Below, one piece after another: positions 43,515 through 53,978 of a stretch of DNA of 64,000 nucleotides. The stretch is from positions 1 to 64,000 of the forward strand of contig PDIP01000024.1 in NCBI GenBank assembly GCA_002811645.1, given 5' to 3'. Source of the stretch: Corallochytrium limacisporum Hawaii. Its lineage: Eukaryota; Protista; Pluriformea. The translations under genes and the position numbers were made by a program. The stretch's first letter is position 1. Each line of letters starts with the position of its first letter. The notes beneath the pieces are model-generated. The model searched no databases. It saw only the letters and a program-made list of their open reading frames with translations, and had not been told where the DNA came from.

Positions 43515-45251
43515 ACTCCGTGTGAGAGAGCGTCCATACCGCTGTGAGCGCGAGTAACTTGCAACCTACTTCACACATCTACAGGAACAGTCAGTGTAAC
43601 TTTCTTCCATCCTTCAAATACCGAGTGGAAGCTGGCAAAGCACGAAAACTAAGGAGGACAGTCCGAACGGCACCGTGGCACCTTCCCAATCACCTAAAGT
43701 CTTTTCTTTGAACCTCTAAACTGGAAACCTAATATACTCGTTAACTGTTAGTCCACTTGAATATGTCCTACCTTTCGACACACCCCTCCAACCGCTCTTT
43801 GGTCCATTTCCCTTTGAATTGTCGATCACCTTGACGGACTACGGAAGGCGTGTAAGAGAGGGACTGGGAACATAAATGGTCTAAAGATTATCCCAAAATC
43901 CTTAGCCAAGGGCCCCCGGGGGGGGGGGGTGGAGGCCCTCGTGCCAGTCCCAATCTGCCTTTTCCCTCTCTTTAGAGAACACAGTACCGGCTGAGTGGTC
44001 TGTTAGTCGGTTGGTTGGATAGGGCGGTGCAAGGTTGGGCGGAGAAGGGAAGGAGGAGGTGGAAAAGTTCTGCGGCTTTGTCCCGGTCTGCCCCTCCTCT
44101 GCTGCTAATGGAAATCTGTCGACGTCTCCCATCCCTGGGAGGCACACGGTACTCACCACACTATTGGAAACCGTTGCTGGTGTCCCCTGCTCACCGCCCA
44201 GACAATGTTGCTCTTTGGGTAAGTGTGGGGCCACCGTGACCGCCGTCGGAGGATTCATTCCATACATTCTCTCGCAGGTCCGCCTCCGACAACATCCCGC
44301 TGACCAGCTAAGTGCAACCCAGTAATAATAGTAGCACTACAAATACAGGAATGGGAAGGAAGTATTTTTTTTTTCTTCTTCGTCCCATCACTCCCCCTCC
44401 TTCAGACCCATACCGCGGAGTGGTCACGACACGCTTTACCGCAGTAGAACCGCTTGTGTTTACTATGAAGTCGTGTCCACCAAGAACCATTGGGACGGTG
44501 GCGGCAGGCGGACCCCCGGCACCCATCATCCGTCATACAGAATTCAATCATTTCATCAGTCGTCATCATTCATAGTGAATGTACCTGAAGCTGAGGACGG
44601 CCAGGGGTCGGTCCCGACCTGGGAGGGTGGCGTTGCGAGAGAAATAAAATTTTCTTTCGGCCTCGGGCCAGACAAATGAAGCAAGCAAATCTTGGGGCCT
44701 TTGAATGAGTATCGAAGGTCGGTGTTTTGGGAACGGGATTTGGGTGGCCGGGGGTGGGGGGGGAGGTAACTCTCTATCCGCTCCTGAGTTTCCTCGTAGT
44801 AACATTTACTATGCGACGATATCAAAGGCCTGGGGAGAGCGGGTGAAAATTTTTCTCGTGCCCTGCTTTCCCGGGACCGCCGAAGCGTTGCCCACTCTTA
44901 ACTGGTTTTGTATAGTAAAACAACCGCCTTTCCCTTTGGATTCTGCGGACGAGTTGGAAACGCCGGAAGGAAATAAGGAGGGCATCAACCGCCCTACGAC
45001 TCTGGATGGTTACTACAGACCATAGGTACCGTGTTCGAACGAGGCGGTGGTATGCGTGTCAAAGAATTTACCATGGGCAGCAACAAAGAAGGTATTGAAA
45101 AGCATTAATTCGTTTTCTTACAGGTATCAATACCAAATCGTAAACTTACCTTCGGGACCTGGACAGCGTCCTCTTCCATATTGAAAGCGATTGAATTAAA
45201 ACATACCAAGGAAATCCTGTAGTGGTGGGTTGTATTGGTTCTAATACAGAT

Positions 45252-46292
45252 ATGACAGAGTCAAACGGTACAGAGACCGTAAACAAAAAGAGCCATGGCT
45301 ACAGGTTCAAACAGCAGAAACTACCCGCGTGGCAGCCTGTGCTGACTCCTCGGACTGTCATTCCCATCTTCTTTCTCCTGGGAATTATTTTCCTGCCCAT
45401 TGGCATTGGTATGCTTGTAAGTAGCAATGACGTTGTGGAAAGAGTAATTGAGTACACAAATTGTACACCAACTGGGTCGGACACTCCGTGCTCTGAGACA
45501 ATCAGCGGCAATCCCACTGCGACCTGTACGTGCGATGCGGACCAACTGTCGTTCACTCTGGATTCGGACATCAACGAAGAAGTGTATGTGTACTACCAAC
45601 TCACGAATTTTTACCAGAACCACCGTCGCTACGTGCGCTCTCGGGACTATAGCCAGCTTAAAGGTGACGACATTGCTATCGGTGCCTTAAACAGCGACTG
45701 TGACCCTATCAGGGACGTAACACTAGATAACGGGACGCTAGCCAACTACGCTCCCTGTGGTCTGATCGGTGATTCTCTGTTCAATGATACCTTCACTATG
45801 TCCGGACCAAATGGAGCAGCAGTCACTCTGGCAGCCAATGACATTGCCTGGCAGTCGGATCTGGACGAACTATTTAGCAATCCGACCACCTTTGACGGCA
45901 CGGTGCCACCGCCGGCTTACAATGACGTGCCGATTGTCGACTTAGACCATGGTTCTGGTACCGGCTACGAGAACGAAGACTTTATCGTTTGGATGCGTGT
46001 GGCGGCACTTCCCACTTTCCGAAAGCTCTGGCGCCGTATCCCTGACGGTTTGGCTGCTGGTACCTACACGATCACCATGGACTACACATTCGACAGCACC
46101 GCCTACAGTGGCGAAAAAAGCGTAATTGTCTCCACCACCTCTTGGATTGGTGGCAAGAGTGACTACCTTGGCATTCTCTACATGGTCACTGGCTCTATTC
46201 TGATTCTGATGGGAGCTGGTCTTGCCATCCACAATGCTGTTCGGCCACGCAAGTTGGCTGACCATCGCTACCTCAAGTGGAACCCCAAGTAA
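45252..46292 (+). CDS. CDC50: CDC50/LEM3 (TMEM30) P4-ATPase flippase beta subunit
   Basis: FKQQKLPAWQPVLTP; YYQLTNFYQNHRRYVRSRD..QL; PCGLI..SLFNDTF; IAW.SD; NEDFIVWMRVAALPTFRKL; SWIGGK. First ATG is 45252 (the ORF track starts at GTG 45222). Confidence 0.96.
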   Translation: MTESNGTETVNKKSHGYRFKQQKLPAWQPVLTPRTVIPIFFLLGIIFLPIGIGMLVSSNDVVERVIEYTNCTPTGSDTPCSETISGNPTATCTCDADQLSFTLDSDINEEVYVYYQLTNFYQNHRRYVRSRDYSQLKGDDIAIGALNSDCDPIRDVTLDNGTLANYAPCGLIGDSLFNDTFTMSGPNGAAVTLAANDIAWQSDLDELFSNPTTFDGTVPPPAYNDVPIVDLDHGSGTGYENEDFIVWMRVAALPTFRKLWRRIPDGLAAGTYTITMDYTFDSTAYSGEKSVIVSTTSWIGGKSDYLGILYMVTGSILILMGAGLAIHNAVRPRKLADHRYLKWNPK

Positions 46293-46604
46293 CAGACTTT
46301 AAATATTTCAAACCAAACATAAGGTTCCTGTTGTCCATCCTCAACAAAGTATGACTAATATATCATATCCCAACATCACAATCATTCTTCGGCAGTCACA
46401 TGTATCCCATGAAAACGGAATTGTTATGGATTCGTTGGAAACTCTTTTGGAAGTTCGATGTATTGTATGGACTATGTATTATGTGACAAATAAAAACAAA
46501 ACTTACGAGTTATGCTTGAACGGATGGATGTGAAGATATGGACGTGAAGACGAAGTTGAGTACTGTGGATGACTAAATTTTGATACCTGATCAGTGGAAC
46601 CTAA

Positions 46605-47267
46605 TCATCGACTACCGTGGAATGCAATTGGCGGTGCATCAATCTCCACACTAGCCAGTGAGTCCATTGATGACGACATGGCACACTCCAAGTTAATGGC
46701 ACTGTCCGCGTCATCATCTTCTTCGTGTTCTTCTTTAACTGCCGTGAGTGACGAGTACGAGGACTCCTCATCCAACGGAAGCAGGTGGTACTGATTAGTC
46801 TCAGAGAAGCGTACACTGTTGCTGACACGACGCCTCTGTGGCCGTGACGGGCATGACTCGTACCACCTGCCAGTAAAGACAATTGTGGTCAGTGCAAACA
46901 TGCAAATAGTCACACTAAGGCTGATGCCCAGGTATACTTTAAAATGTGGCTGAGATTTCAGAGACTGCATTGTTTTCAGGAAACGACGATGCAGACTGTG
47001 GTCTTCGTCTTCATCCAAATATTCGGCCTGCGGACTTGGGTTGGCCATATGCCGCAGCTTTTCACCGCTCCAACCACCAGGAGTTGTGGTGAAAAGCAGA
47101 GACGTCAAGATTGTAATACAGCACAGCAGTACCACAATCAAAACAATGTACTTACTATTCGCAGTCAACGACTTATTTCCGTCTATCCGTCGATGGATTC
47201 CGTGACTGGCAGATCGGCCCAGTCGGACGCCAGCCCGCAATAGTCTTTGCGCGGACAGAGCACGCAT
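46605..47267 (-). CDS. Hypothetical membrane protein with two TM segments and an acidic tail
   Basis: YIVLIVVLLCCITILTSLLF and VYLGISLSVTICMFALTTIVF; first ATG 47267; convergent with CDC50. Confidence 0.6.
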   Translation of the reverse strand: MRALSAQRLLRAGVRLGRSASHGIHRRIDGNKSLTANSKYIVLIVVLLCCITILTSLLFTTTPGGWSGEKLRHMANPSPQAEYLDEDEDHSLHRRFLKTMQSLKSQPHFKVYLGISLSVTICMFALTTIVFTGRWYESCPSRPQRRRVSNSVRFSETNQYHLLPLDEESSYSSLTAVKEEHEEDDDADSAINLECAMSSSMDSLASVEIDAPPIAFHGSR

Positions 47268-49070
47268 TTGTCTGATTCTTCGAGACTTTCTAAAACTTGT
47301 AAGCCCTAAATGTAAACCAACCACTTACTCCAGAATTAACTCCCCTTTTTTCTAACCCGGGTGCTTGTTGATCAAATACAAATATCCGTGGTAAAGATTC
47401 TCAAGACATATTCTGTACCCGACAGGAAAAGTCAAGTCTGTTCCCTTTGTGCAAAAGAATCGTGTTGTTGCTTTAATCTTACGTACGGTTTTGTCAAGTA
47501 GTATTTAAGACAACACATGGTTGAGAAATACCTTATATCCAATAACTACACAAAGTAAAAATTGTCTAAGCTGCGCAACCATGTGCGCCATGAAAAATAA
47601 ATGCCAATTAATGCATTCGCGACCGTACGGGCTTCCCAAAGATATGAAACAAGCAAGCAGCACCGCTCCGTGGTGCACAAACTCCCGAAGCCTCTGGGAA
47701 GGGGAAGGCTCGAGAAATTAAGGACCGGAGAGGGGGGAGGTGTTTGCGTCCGGTAGAATTGTGTGTCTTTGCGCTGACGCTGCCTCAGTTTTCGGGCGAA
47801 GACGAATGGCTTCCGAAAACGACTTGGGGCGCCTTCACAGGTGAGGAGGGGAAGGTTCGGGGAGAGAGGGGGAGGGGGGAGGGGGAAGCCGGGACTGTTG
47901 GACCCAAAAAACCTCCCCCCCACCCCTCCCAAGCCTTGCACATTCCAGAACGAATACAACCCACAGTGCCACCCCCCTCACCTTGTAAACAAAAAAAAAA
48001 TATCAATGGGGAAGGGGAGAAGAGGGAGGAGAGTGTGCAAACAAACAAAAAAAAAAGAGTAAGGACAACCCGTAAAAAGTTCCAAAACTCAGCGAACTGG
48101 GATGTAATCGAAACGCCAAGAGGAAAAAAAAACAGAAGAAGTAATACGCTTCTTTTAGGAATGAATGTCTCGAACCCCCGCGACCCTTGGGTTCGTTTGT
48201 GGCAGTGTGCATTTGGGGGACGCGTGCGAGTGCGTAACGATTTGATGGATGGGTGCCCTGCAGCGTTTGGTGGGTTCGCCGCCGGAGAAAGACGAGAGTA
48301 TCCTTTTTTTTGTTTGTGCATCAAACCTGAGCATCTTGTCTGATACTAATGCTATACTTGGACGGCGGTTGATGATGGGAGAGTTGGTCATTGATGATGG
48401 CTGATGGCTGATGATGATGCGCGGTTGTGTTCCGTTGGTGGTGGTGGGTTTCGGTGGTGCGGTCCGTAGCTGGGACCGGAAGCACCGGTTCAAATTTGTG
48501 TCGCCATATTTCTTTTTTGTCCTGCTCCTATCCTTCGTTCCCTTTTTTATGCAAACAACAGCCCACGTTCACAGAAGCGAGCAGTTTTTGGCTCGTCCTC
48601 TCCCTTCCTTTTTTTTTTCCTCCCCTTTCTCGGAGCCACACGGAGAGAGAGAGAGACCGCTTTTTTGCCCCGGAAGGAGGGGGAGGGGGGGGGGTTTTTT
48701 GTGGATCGGCATTGATGGAAGGGTCTCTCGGTCGTGCAAAATTTCCAGGCTTTAACACAGGAAAAAGTTGTGACGTGTGAATAGTGCTACCCCTTGTGCC
48801 AGGGAATTGAATGCACACAACAACACCAAACGGACAGCGGATCAAAGAACAGCAAGACACAATCCGACAACTATCGGCAAGACTCGTTCGAAAAGATTTC
48901 AGACCAGAACGTAAGGTTTGGTCCGGGACGTTTGTAACAGACACACACACACCTCAAAGGGTATTTAAGTGTGATCCGTCGGCCCCCACCACTACAGTGA
49001 TCACCTGCACAACTCATTCCCATTACTTCATTCAAACTCAGTTAGTCCATAACTAAAAAAACACATAACC

Positions 49071-50846
49071 ATGGATTTCGAAAGCCCCATTGTTACCGCC
49101 GCCATGGCCTCGGCCGTGACTGCTGCCGTGTTCATGATGGCCAGCAACAAGAAGCGCAAGGTCTCCACCCGCACTCAGATTAAGAAGGCTGGTGACGGTA
49201 AGCCCAACATGCACCTGTGCAACCACACCAAGATCTTCAAGGAGCAGGTCATCAAGGTCACCGACGACGTCTACGTCGCTGTCGGCTACGCCTTGGCCAA
49301 CACCATCATGATTGAGGGCCCCAAGAGCATCATCATCATCGATGTCGCTGAGTCCGAGGACGCTGCCCGGGACGTTATGAAGGAGTTCCGCAAGATCACC
49401 AAGAAGCCCGTCGGTGGTGTCATCTACACCCATTTCCACTCCGACCACATTGGTGGCACCAACGTGTTCCTGGAAGAGGCTGAGGACCGCAATAAGGTCC
49501 CCATTTGGGCCCACGAGACCACCGGCCAGCGTATGCTCCAGTTCGGTTCTGTCATGGCCCCCATTGCCTACTACCGTGCCGCCCACCAGTTCGGTACCTT
49601 CTTGAGCCCCCCTGCCCTGGAGAACTGCGGTATCGGTCCCAAGATTCGTGTCGGCAAGGATGAGAAGATTTCTCTGGTTACCCCCACTCACACCTACAAG
49701 GGCGAGCACAAGGACATTGTTATCGATGGTGTCAAGCTGCGCCTGGTCTACGCTCCCGGTGAGACTGATGACCAGACCGTCGTCTTCTACGACAAGGGCC
49801 GCGTTCTGTTCGCTGCTGACAACTTCTACGAGTCCTTCCCCAACCTGTACGCCGTGCGCGGTGTGCCTAACCGTGACACCATGCAGTGGGCCCGCTCCAT
49901 CGACATCATGGCAAAGACCATGCCCGATGTCATGGTGCCTTCCCACTCTCTCCCCGTTGAGGGCCGGGATGAGATCCAGCGTCGCCTGCAGAACTACCGT
50001 GATGCCATTCAGTTTGTGCATGACCAGTCCGTGCGCCACATGCTGAACCGCCGCCACCCCGACGAGATCTGCTCTCTGGTCCAGCTGCCCAAGCACTTGG
50101 CCACCGAGGAGTACCTGAAGGAGTTCTACGGTACTGTCGGATGGAGTGCTAAGTCCGTGTTCGCCGGTTACCTCGGTTGGTTCTCCGGTTACGAGGAGGA
50201 TCTGTGGAAGCTGACCCCCGGTGACTATGCTGATCGCATTGTCAAGATGGTCGGCAGCACTTCCAAGGTGCTGGAGGAGGCTGAGGAGGCCTTCGCTAAC
50301 AACGATTTGCAGTGGTGCCTGGAGCTGTGCACCTACCTGCTGCGCCACGACCAGGGTGATACCAAGCGGGCTCATGACCTGAAGATCGAAACCCTTCTCA
50401 AGCTGGCTGACACTCAGATCTCTGCCAATGGTCGCAACTGGTACATGACCACTGTGGCTCGCCAGAACGAGGGTCTGGATATTGTTGTGCCCCAGGACGC
50501 TCGCGACGACGCCATGGTCAACATGCCCCACACTGCCATGTGGTCTGCTCTGCAGGTCCGCCTGAAAGCCGAGGACGTCGAGGGCAAGACCAGTTCTCTG
50601 TGCTTCAAGCTGAGCAACCCCAACTCTTCCTGGACTCTGTTCATCCGCAACTCTTGCCTTCACTTCGTCGAGAAGGGTGACGAGAACGCTGACATCGTTG
50701 TTGAATGCACTGACGAGGCTCTTCGTCAGCTCATTGCGCGCCCCACTTCCATTGCCGGCAACTGGGTGTCTGGTGCCTTCCGCTTCAAGAAGGGCAACAT
50801 GGCCAGCTTCGCTGCTTTCTTCGGTAACTTCGAGCGCGGTATCTAA
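49071..50846 (+). CDS. Alkyl/aryl sulfatase (SdsA1/BDS1 family): metallo-beta-lactamase, dimerisation and SCP2-like domains
   Basis: IYTHFHSDHIGG; APGETDDQ; DNFYESFPNLYAVRG..RD; VPSH; YRDAIQFVHDQ; YLKEFYGTV.W; GYLGWF.G; NGRNWY; C-terminal SCP2-like domain; very strong C-ending codon bias. Confidence 0.93.
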   Translation: MDFESPIVTAAMASAVTAAVFMMASNKKRKVSTRTQIKKAGDGKPNMHLCNHTKIFKEQVIKVTDDVYVAVGYALANTIMIEGPKSIIIIDVAESEDAARDVMKEFRKITKKPVGGVIYTHFHSDHIGGTNVFLEEAEDRNKVPIWAHETTGQRMLQFGSVMAPIAYYRAAHQFGTFLSPPALENCGIGPKIRVGKDEKISLVTPTHTYKGEHKDIVIDGVKLRLVYAPGETDDQTVVFYDKGRVLFAADNFYESFPNLYAVRGVPNRDTMQWARSIDIMAKTMPDVMVPSHSLPVEGRDEIQRRLQNYRDAIQFVHDQSVRHMLNRRHPDEICSLVQLPKHLATEEYLKEFYGTVGWSAKSVFAGYLGWFSGYEEDLWKLTPGDYADRIVKMVGSTSKVLEEAEEAFANNDLQWCLELCTYLLRHDQGDTKRAHDLKIETLLKLADTQISANGRNWYMTTVARQNEGLDIVVPQDARDDAMVNMPHTAMWSALQVRLKAEDVEGKTSSLCFKLSNPNSSWTLFIRNSCLHFVEKGDENADIVVECTDEALRQLIARPTSIAGNWVSGAFRFKKGNMASFAAFFGNFERGI

Positions 50847-51104
50847 GTTCATTCGAAACTTCACAGGGAAACTTGCGTCACGCACAATCAATAGGGTATT
50901 TGTTGGGAACAAATTCCACAGTTCTATCACCACATTGCGGGCATGTTGATGATTCAGAGGAAGACTCAATCCTTCCCTTTCAATCAACCCGCGCGACCAA
51001 AAAAAACAATTGAGTAATGAAGTAATTATTAAGTATTATACTAACGACACAACATGCCAGCCTTCACAGACAGTTTGTCTTTCTTTGGACATGGAAAATG
51101 ACCG

Positions 51105-53978
51105 CTACAGATAATCCCGAATGCTCATGCGTCGGACGCACCGCCACGCACTGCCGTCCGCGACACGGATCGACCAGACCGTATCGTGAACATTTGTCAG
51201 TCCAGCGTGACGATTAGACCGGCTATATCGCGCAATCGCCGAGTACGCATCAATCAGACCGGCCACCACAACCGATAGGAGCAGATTGACGCTGGTCATG
51301 TTCCAGACAAGGAAGAACATGCGACTTGCTTCGCCCATGACGGACGCGTACCCGTCCATGATAATGTACCAATTGTTAACAACCATCAGCTCCCACAAGG
51401 TTAGATAGCCTTGCATAATGTTGTCAAAGTTTGAAAGGTAGAAGAGACCGCTGGCCCCGTTCTCAGGATCGTAGTTGGGACCGCAACAGTTTGGGTAGAC
51501 CTTGCCCGCAAACAGCTCCATGGCCAAGATGGCGACGGGGTAGAAGAACACCAGCATCGTCATAGCGTAGATGGCGGCTAGGGGCACAATGTTTAGGATG
51601 TCATCAACGAGATGGTTGCTGAAGGGAATGATGCGGAATAGCCTGAAAAGTGGCATAGCTCGTAACATTTTGGCACGCCAGAACACGGGCCATTGCTCCA
51701 GGACTCGACCGATAAATGTTACGAGAACGACTCCAACGTCAAGGCGCAGTGTGATAGAATGAGCCGTCATTGTAGTGCCGTACACGGTTACGACAAATAC
51801 TACATCCGTTAGGAGGATTAATATCAGGCTTCCGCTGACCCAGTTCATGGCGAGGCAAATGGTTTCGAGCGTTCTAGTTCCGTTTTCATCTTCAAGCGTA
51901 CCATTGGTTCCATGACCGTGTGCTCCTGATCCACCCTTCAATGCATCCCGACACACCTGCTCCACAAATATAGCCACCGCGTAGAGCACCACCGCCCCGC
52001 TCATAGAGTAGCGCCAGATGCGTGATCCGTGAACGGAGCGGGCCCATGTTGCCCATGTACTGATCATGCGATGGAACCCGCTGCCGGTGTTCCTGTCCGT
52101 GTCGCTGTCCTCCTCGGAGAGCCTGTGTTCTCGAGCCCTGCTGAACGTTAGGCGGTGGACGCGGTACAGGGTCGCAAACTGTTCCCGTGTCAGGCTGTCC
52201 GGGAGCTCGCGGTGGCCGGCGCCTTCATTCACGGGAGAGACGAGGATCTGCGAGGCGGAGTACTGTCCCGGCTGAAGGTAGCCCTCTTCCGAAGGGTCCG
52301 CAAAGTTCTGCCCGCTGTACATTTCCGCGGCCGTCGCATTGTCGCGGCTGTTAATGACATCCGCACGCCCAGACAATAGACGGTATAGAAGAATGTACCG
52401 CAATGGCTCTTGGAACGCTCGAGGGCTGGCCTCGAAGAGGGACGTTTGCGAACGATGCTGCTCTACAAAAGAGAGCAATGGGGACCGCTCTGTGAAGTTC
52501 TCGCTTTCCATTGCAGTGCTATGTTCGTGCTCGTACAGCTGCCGTTCTTGATCTGGTTGCCTCTGACGAGCCGCAATGCTTGCCGCGTGTTCCTCCTCCA
52601 GACCCTCTTGAATCATGCGGTACCGCAGCTCATCTGTGACGTTCTCGTCACGCACATCCTCCGACAGGCGGTCGTCTCGGGACTTGTGGGTGCGCAATGC
52701 GGTATGGATGCCATTGTCGATCACTTCCATGAATCGCGCGAAACGAGAAAAGGAGAGCGAGTCTCGTCCTTCCCGCGTCAGTTCGTCAAAGGCCGCGCTG
52801 AGCGCCAGCTGTCTGCGGTCTTCCAAGCGGTCCTGTTTGTCTTCAGATTCCTTGCTGTATCGTTCGTAGACAACTGCGATGAGCAGATTTTGGAACAGCA
52901 GAGTGGTCATTGCCACGAAAGAGACAAAGATCAGTACGTTCCACGGACTGTGAAGTTGTTCCTGGAGCATGATGTCGGGGTGGTTTGCGGTAGTGAGAAG
53001 GACGTAGAAGCTCAGAAAGCTCCTCCATAGAGTACCGTACCGTTCATTGTCGTAGGTCATGCCGTAGAGCACTTCTCCTGCGTAGGCATAGATTAGTATC
53101 GTGAGCAGCAGTACCACCACAAAACTAGAAAAGATCCGTACTGTCCTGAAGATATGTCGCAATGCCCTGCGCACGGGCGAAGCGTAGAATGGCCGGAGCA
53201 TCAGGAATACTCGGCCAACGCGTGTGACACGTCGCCAGGAAAAGTGATCGCGCGGGTGGATATGACCCCAGAGCAAATTGAGACCCCCCCAAGCACAGTT
53301 CACGTATAATGCTACCAATGCAAGGATCACAAAGATCACAATCCGATCCTGGATCGTCGAGTGCCAACCCCGAGACATTATCTGCAGGCCGAGATCTGCA
53401 GTGAAGAAGAGCACAAGCGCCAATTCAATGCAGAGACTGGCGATTGGGCTCAAACTGCAGTAGGAAAGCCACGGTGCCCCTGTGTAAACGTTGTGCGGGG
53501 CTTCCAGGATCGATAGAGGGATATAGATCAGCACAGCGATAAGTTGTGCCGTGTGCCAGCGCCAATTGGTATACAGCCCAAAGCATTTCATTGCCCACGC
53601 CGAGTCAAAATCGACAATAAAGGGCAGGTTTTGCTCGCCGGCGACAAAGAACACTGCAGCGCGGAGGAGGGCTTCGCGTTCGAACGGTTCCGACTCTTCA
53701 GATCCATTCAAATTGTTGTTTGTTGCTGAGGCGATACTGTCAGGAGTCGGAACAAGCGGGCTATTGGCCCCACGCATGGAGTTGTGTTTAGAAGGCATAC
53801 GATCACGCTCTGACTGACGACGTGGAAGAAACCCTTCCTCTGCGTCGTCGACCCTTAGTATTGGTGGCACTTGCCTGGGCCTGCGCGGTTGTGTGTCGCT
53901 AAAGCGGATTGACGAACGCTGTGAGCTGTTCTCCGAGCCCGTTGGTGTCCTGAAACTCGGTGAATCGAACTGTGACAT
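51105..53978 (-). CDS. TPC: Two-pore channel (TPC)
   Basis: Two 6-TM repeats; pore 1 YVLLTTANHPDIM; NLLIAVVYERY; pore 2 NFDNIMQGYLTLWELMVVNNWYIIMDGY; dileucine motifs EREALL and ERSPLL. First ATG 53978 (track starts at GTG 54044). Confidence 0.93.
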   Translation of the reverse strand: MSQFDSPSFRTPTGSENSSQRSSIRFSDTQPRRPRQVPPILRVDDAEEGFLPRRQSERDRMPSKHNSMRGANSPLVPTPDSIASATNNNLNGSEESEPFEREALLRAAVFFVAGEQNLPFIVDFDSAWAMKCFGLYTNWRWHTAQLIAVLIYIPLSILEAPHNVYTGAPWLSYCSLSPIASLCIELALVLFFTADLGLQIMSRGWHSTIQDRIVIFVILALVALYVNCAWGGLNLLWGHIHPRDHFSWRRVTRVGRVFLMLRPFYASPVRRALRHIFRTVRIFSSFVVVLLLTILIYAYAGEVLYGMTYDNERYGTLWRSFLSFYVLLTTANHPDIMLQEQLHSPWNVLIFVSFVAMTTLLFQNLLIAVVYERYSKESEDKQDRLEDRRQLALSAAFDELTREGRDSLSFSRFARFMEVIDNGIHTALRTHKSRDDRLSEDVRDENVTDELRYRMIQEGLEEEHAASIAARQRQPDQERQLYEHEHSTAMESENFTERSPLLSFVEQHRSQTSLFEASPRAFQEPLRYILLYRLLSGRADVINSRDNATAAEMYSGQNFADPSEEGYLQPGQYSASQILVSPVNEGAGHRELPDSLTREQFATLYRVHRLTFSRAREHRLSEEDSDTDRNTGSGFHRMISTWATWARSVHGSRIWRYSMSGAVVLYAVAIFVEQVCRDALKGGSGAHGHGTNGTLEDENGTRTLETICLAMNWVSGSLILILLTDVVFVVTVYGTTMTAHSITLRLDVGVVLVTFIGRVLEQWPVFWRAKMLRAMPLFRLFRIIPFSNHLVDDILNIVPLAAIYAMTMLVFFYPVAILAMELFAGKVYPNCCGPNYDPENGASGLFYLSNFDNIMQGYLTLWELMVVNNWYIIMDGYASVMGEASRMFFLVWNMTSVNLLLSVVVAGLIDAYSAIARYSRSNRHAGLTNVHDTVWSIRVADGSAWRCVRRMSIRDYL

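Noticed and set aside
47744-48950. ORFs of 110-200 aa upstream of the sulfatase, and similar ones at 12076-13660
   Set aside because: Translations of homopolymer and microsatellite DNA with no protein-like composition
49053-50987. 644-aa antisense ORF over the sulfatase
   Set aside because: Codon-aligned shadow of a strongly biased gene (few TTA/CTA/TCA codons); non-ATG start and no motifs
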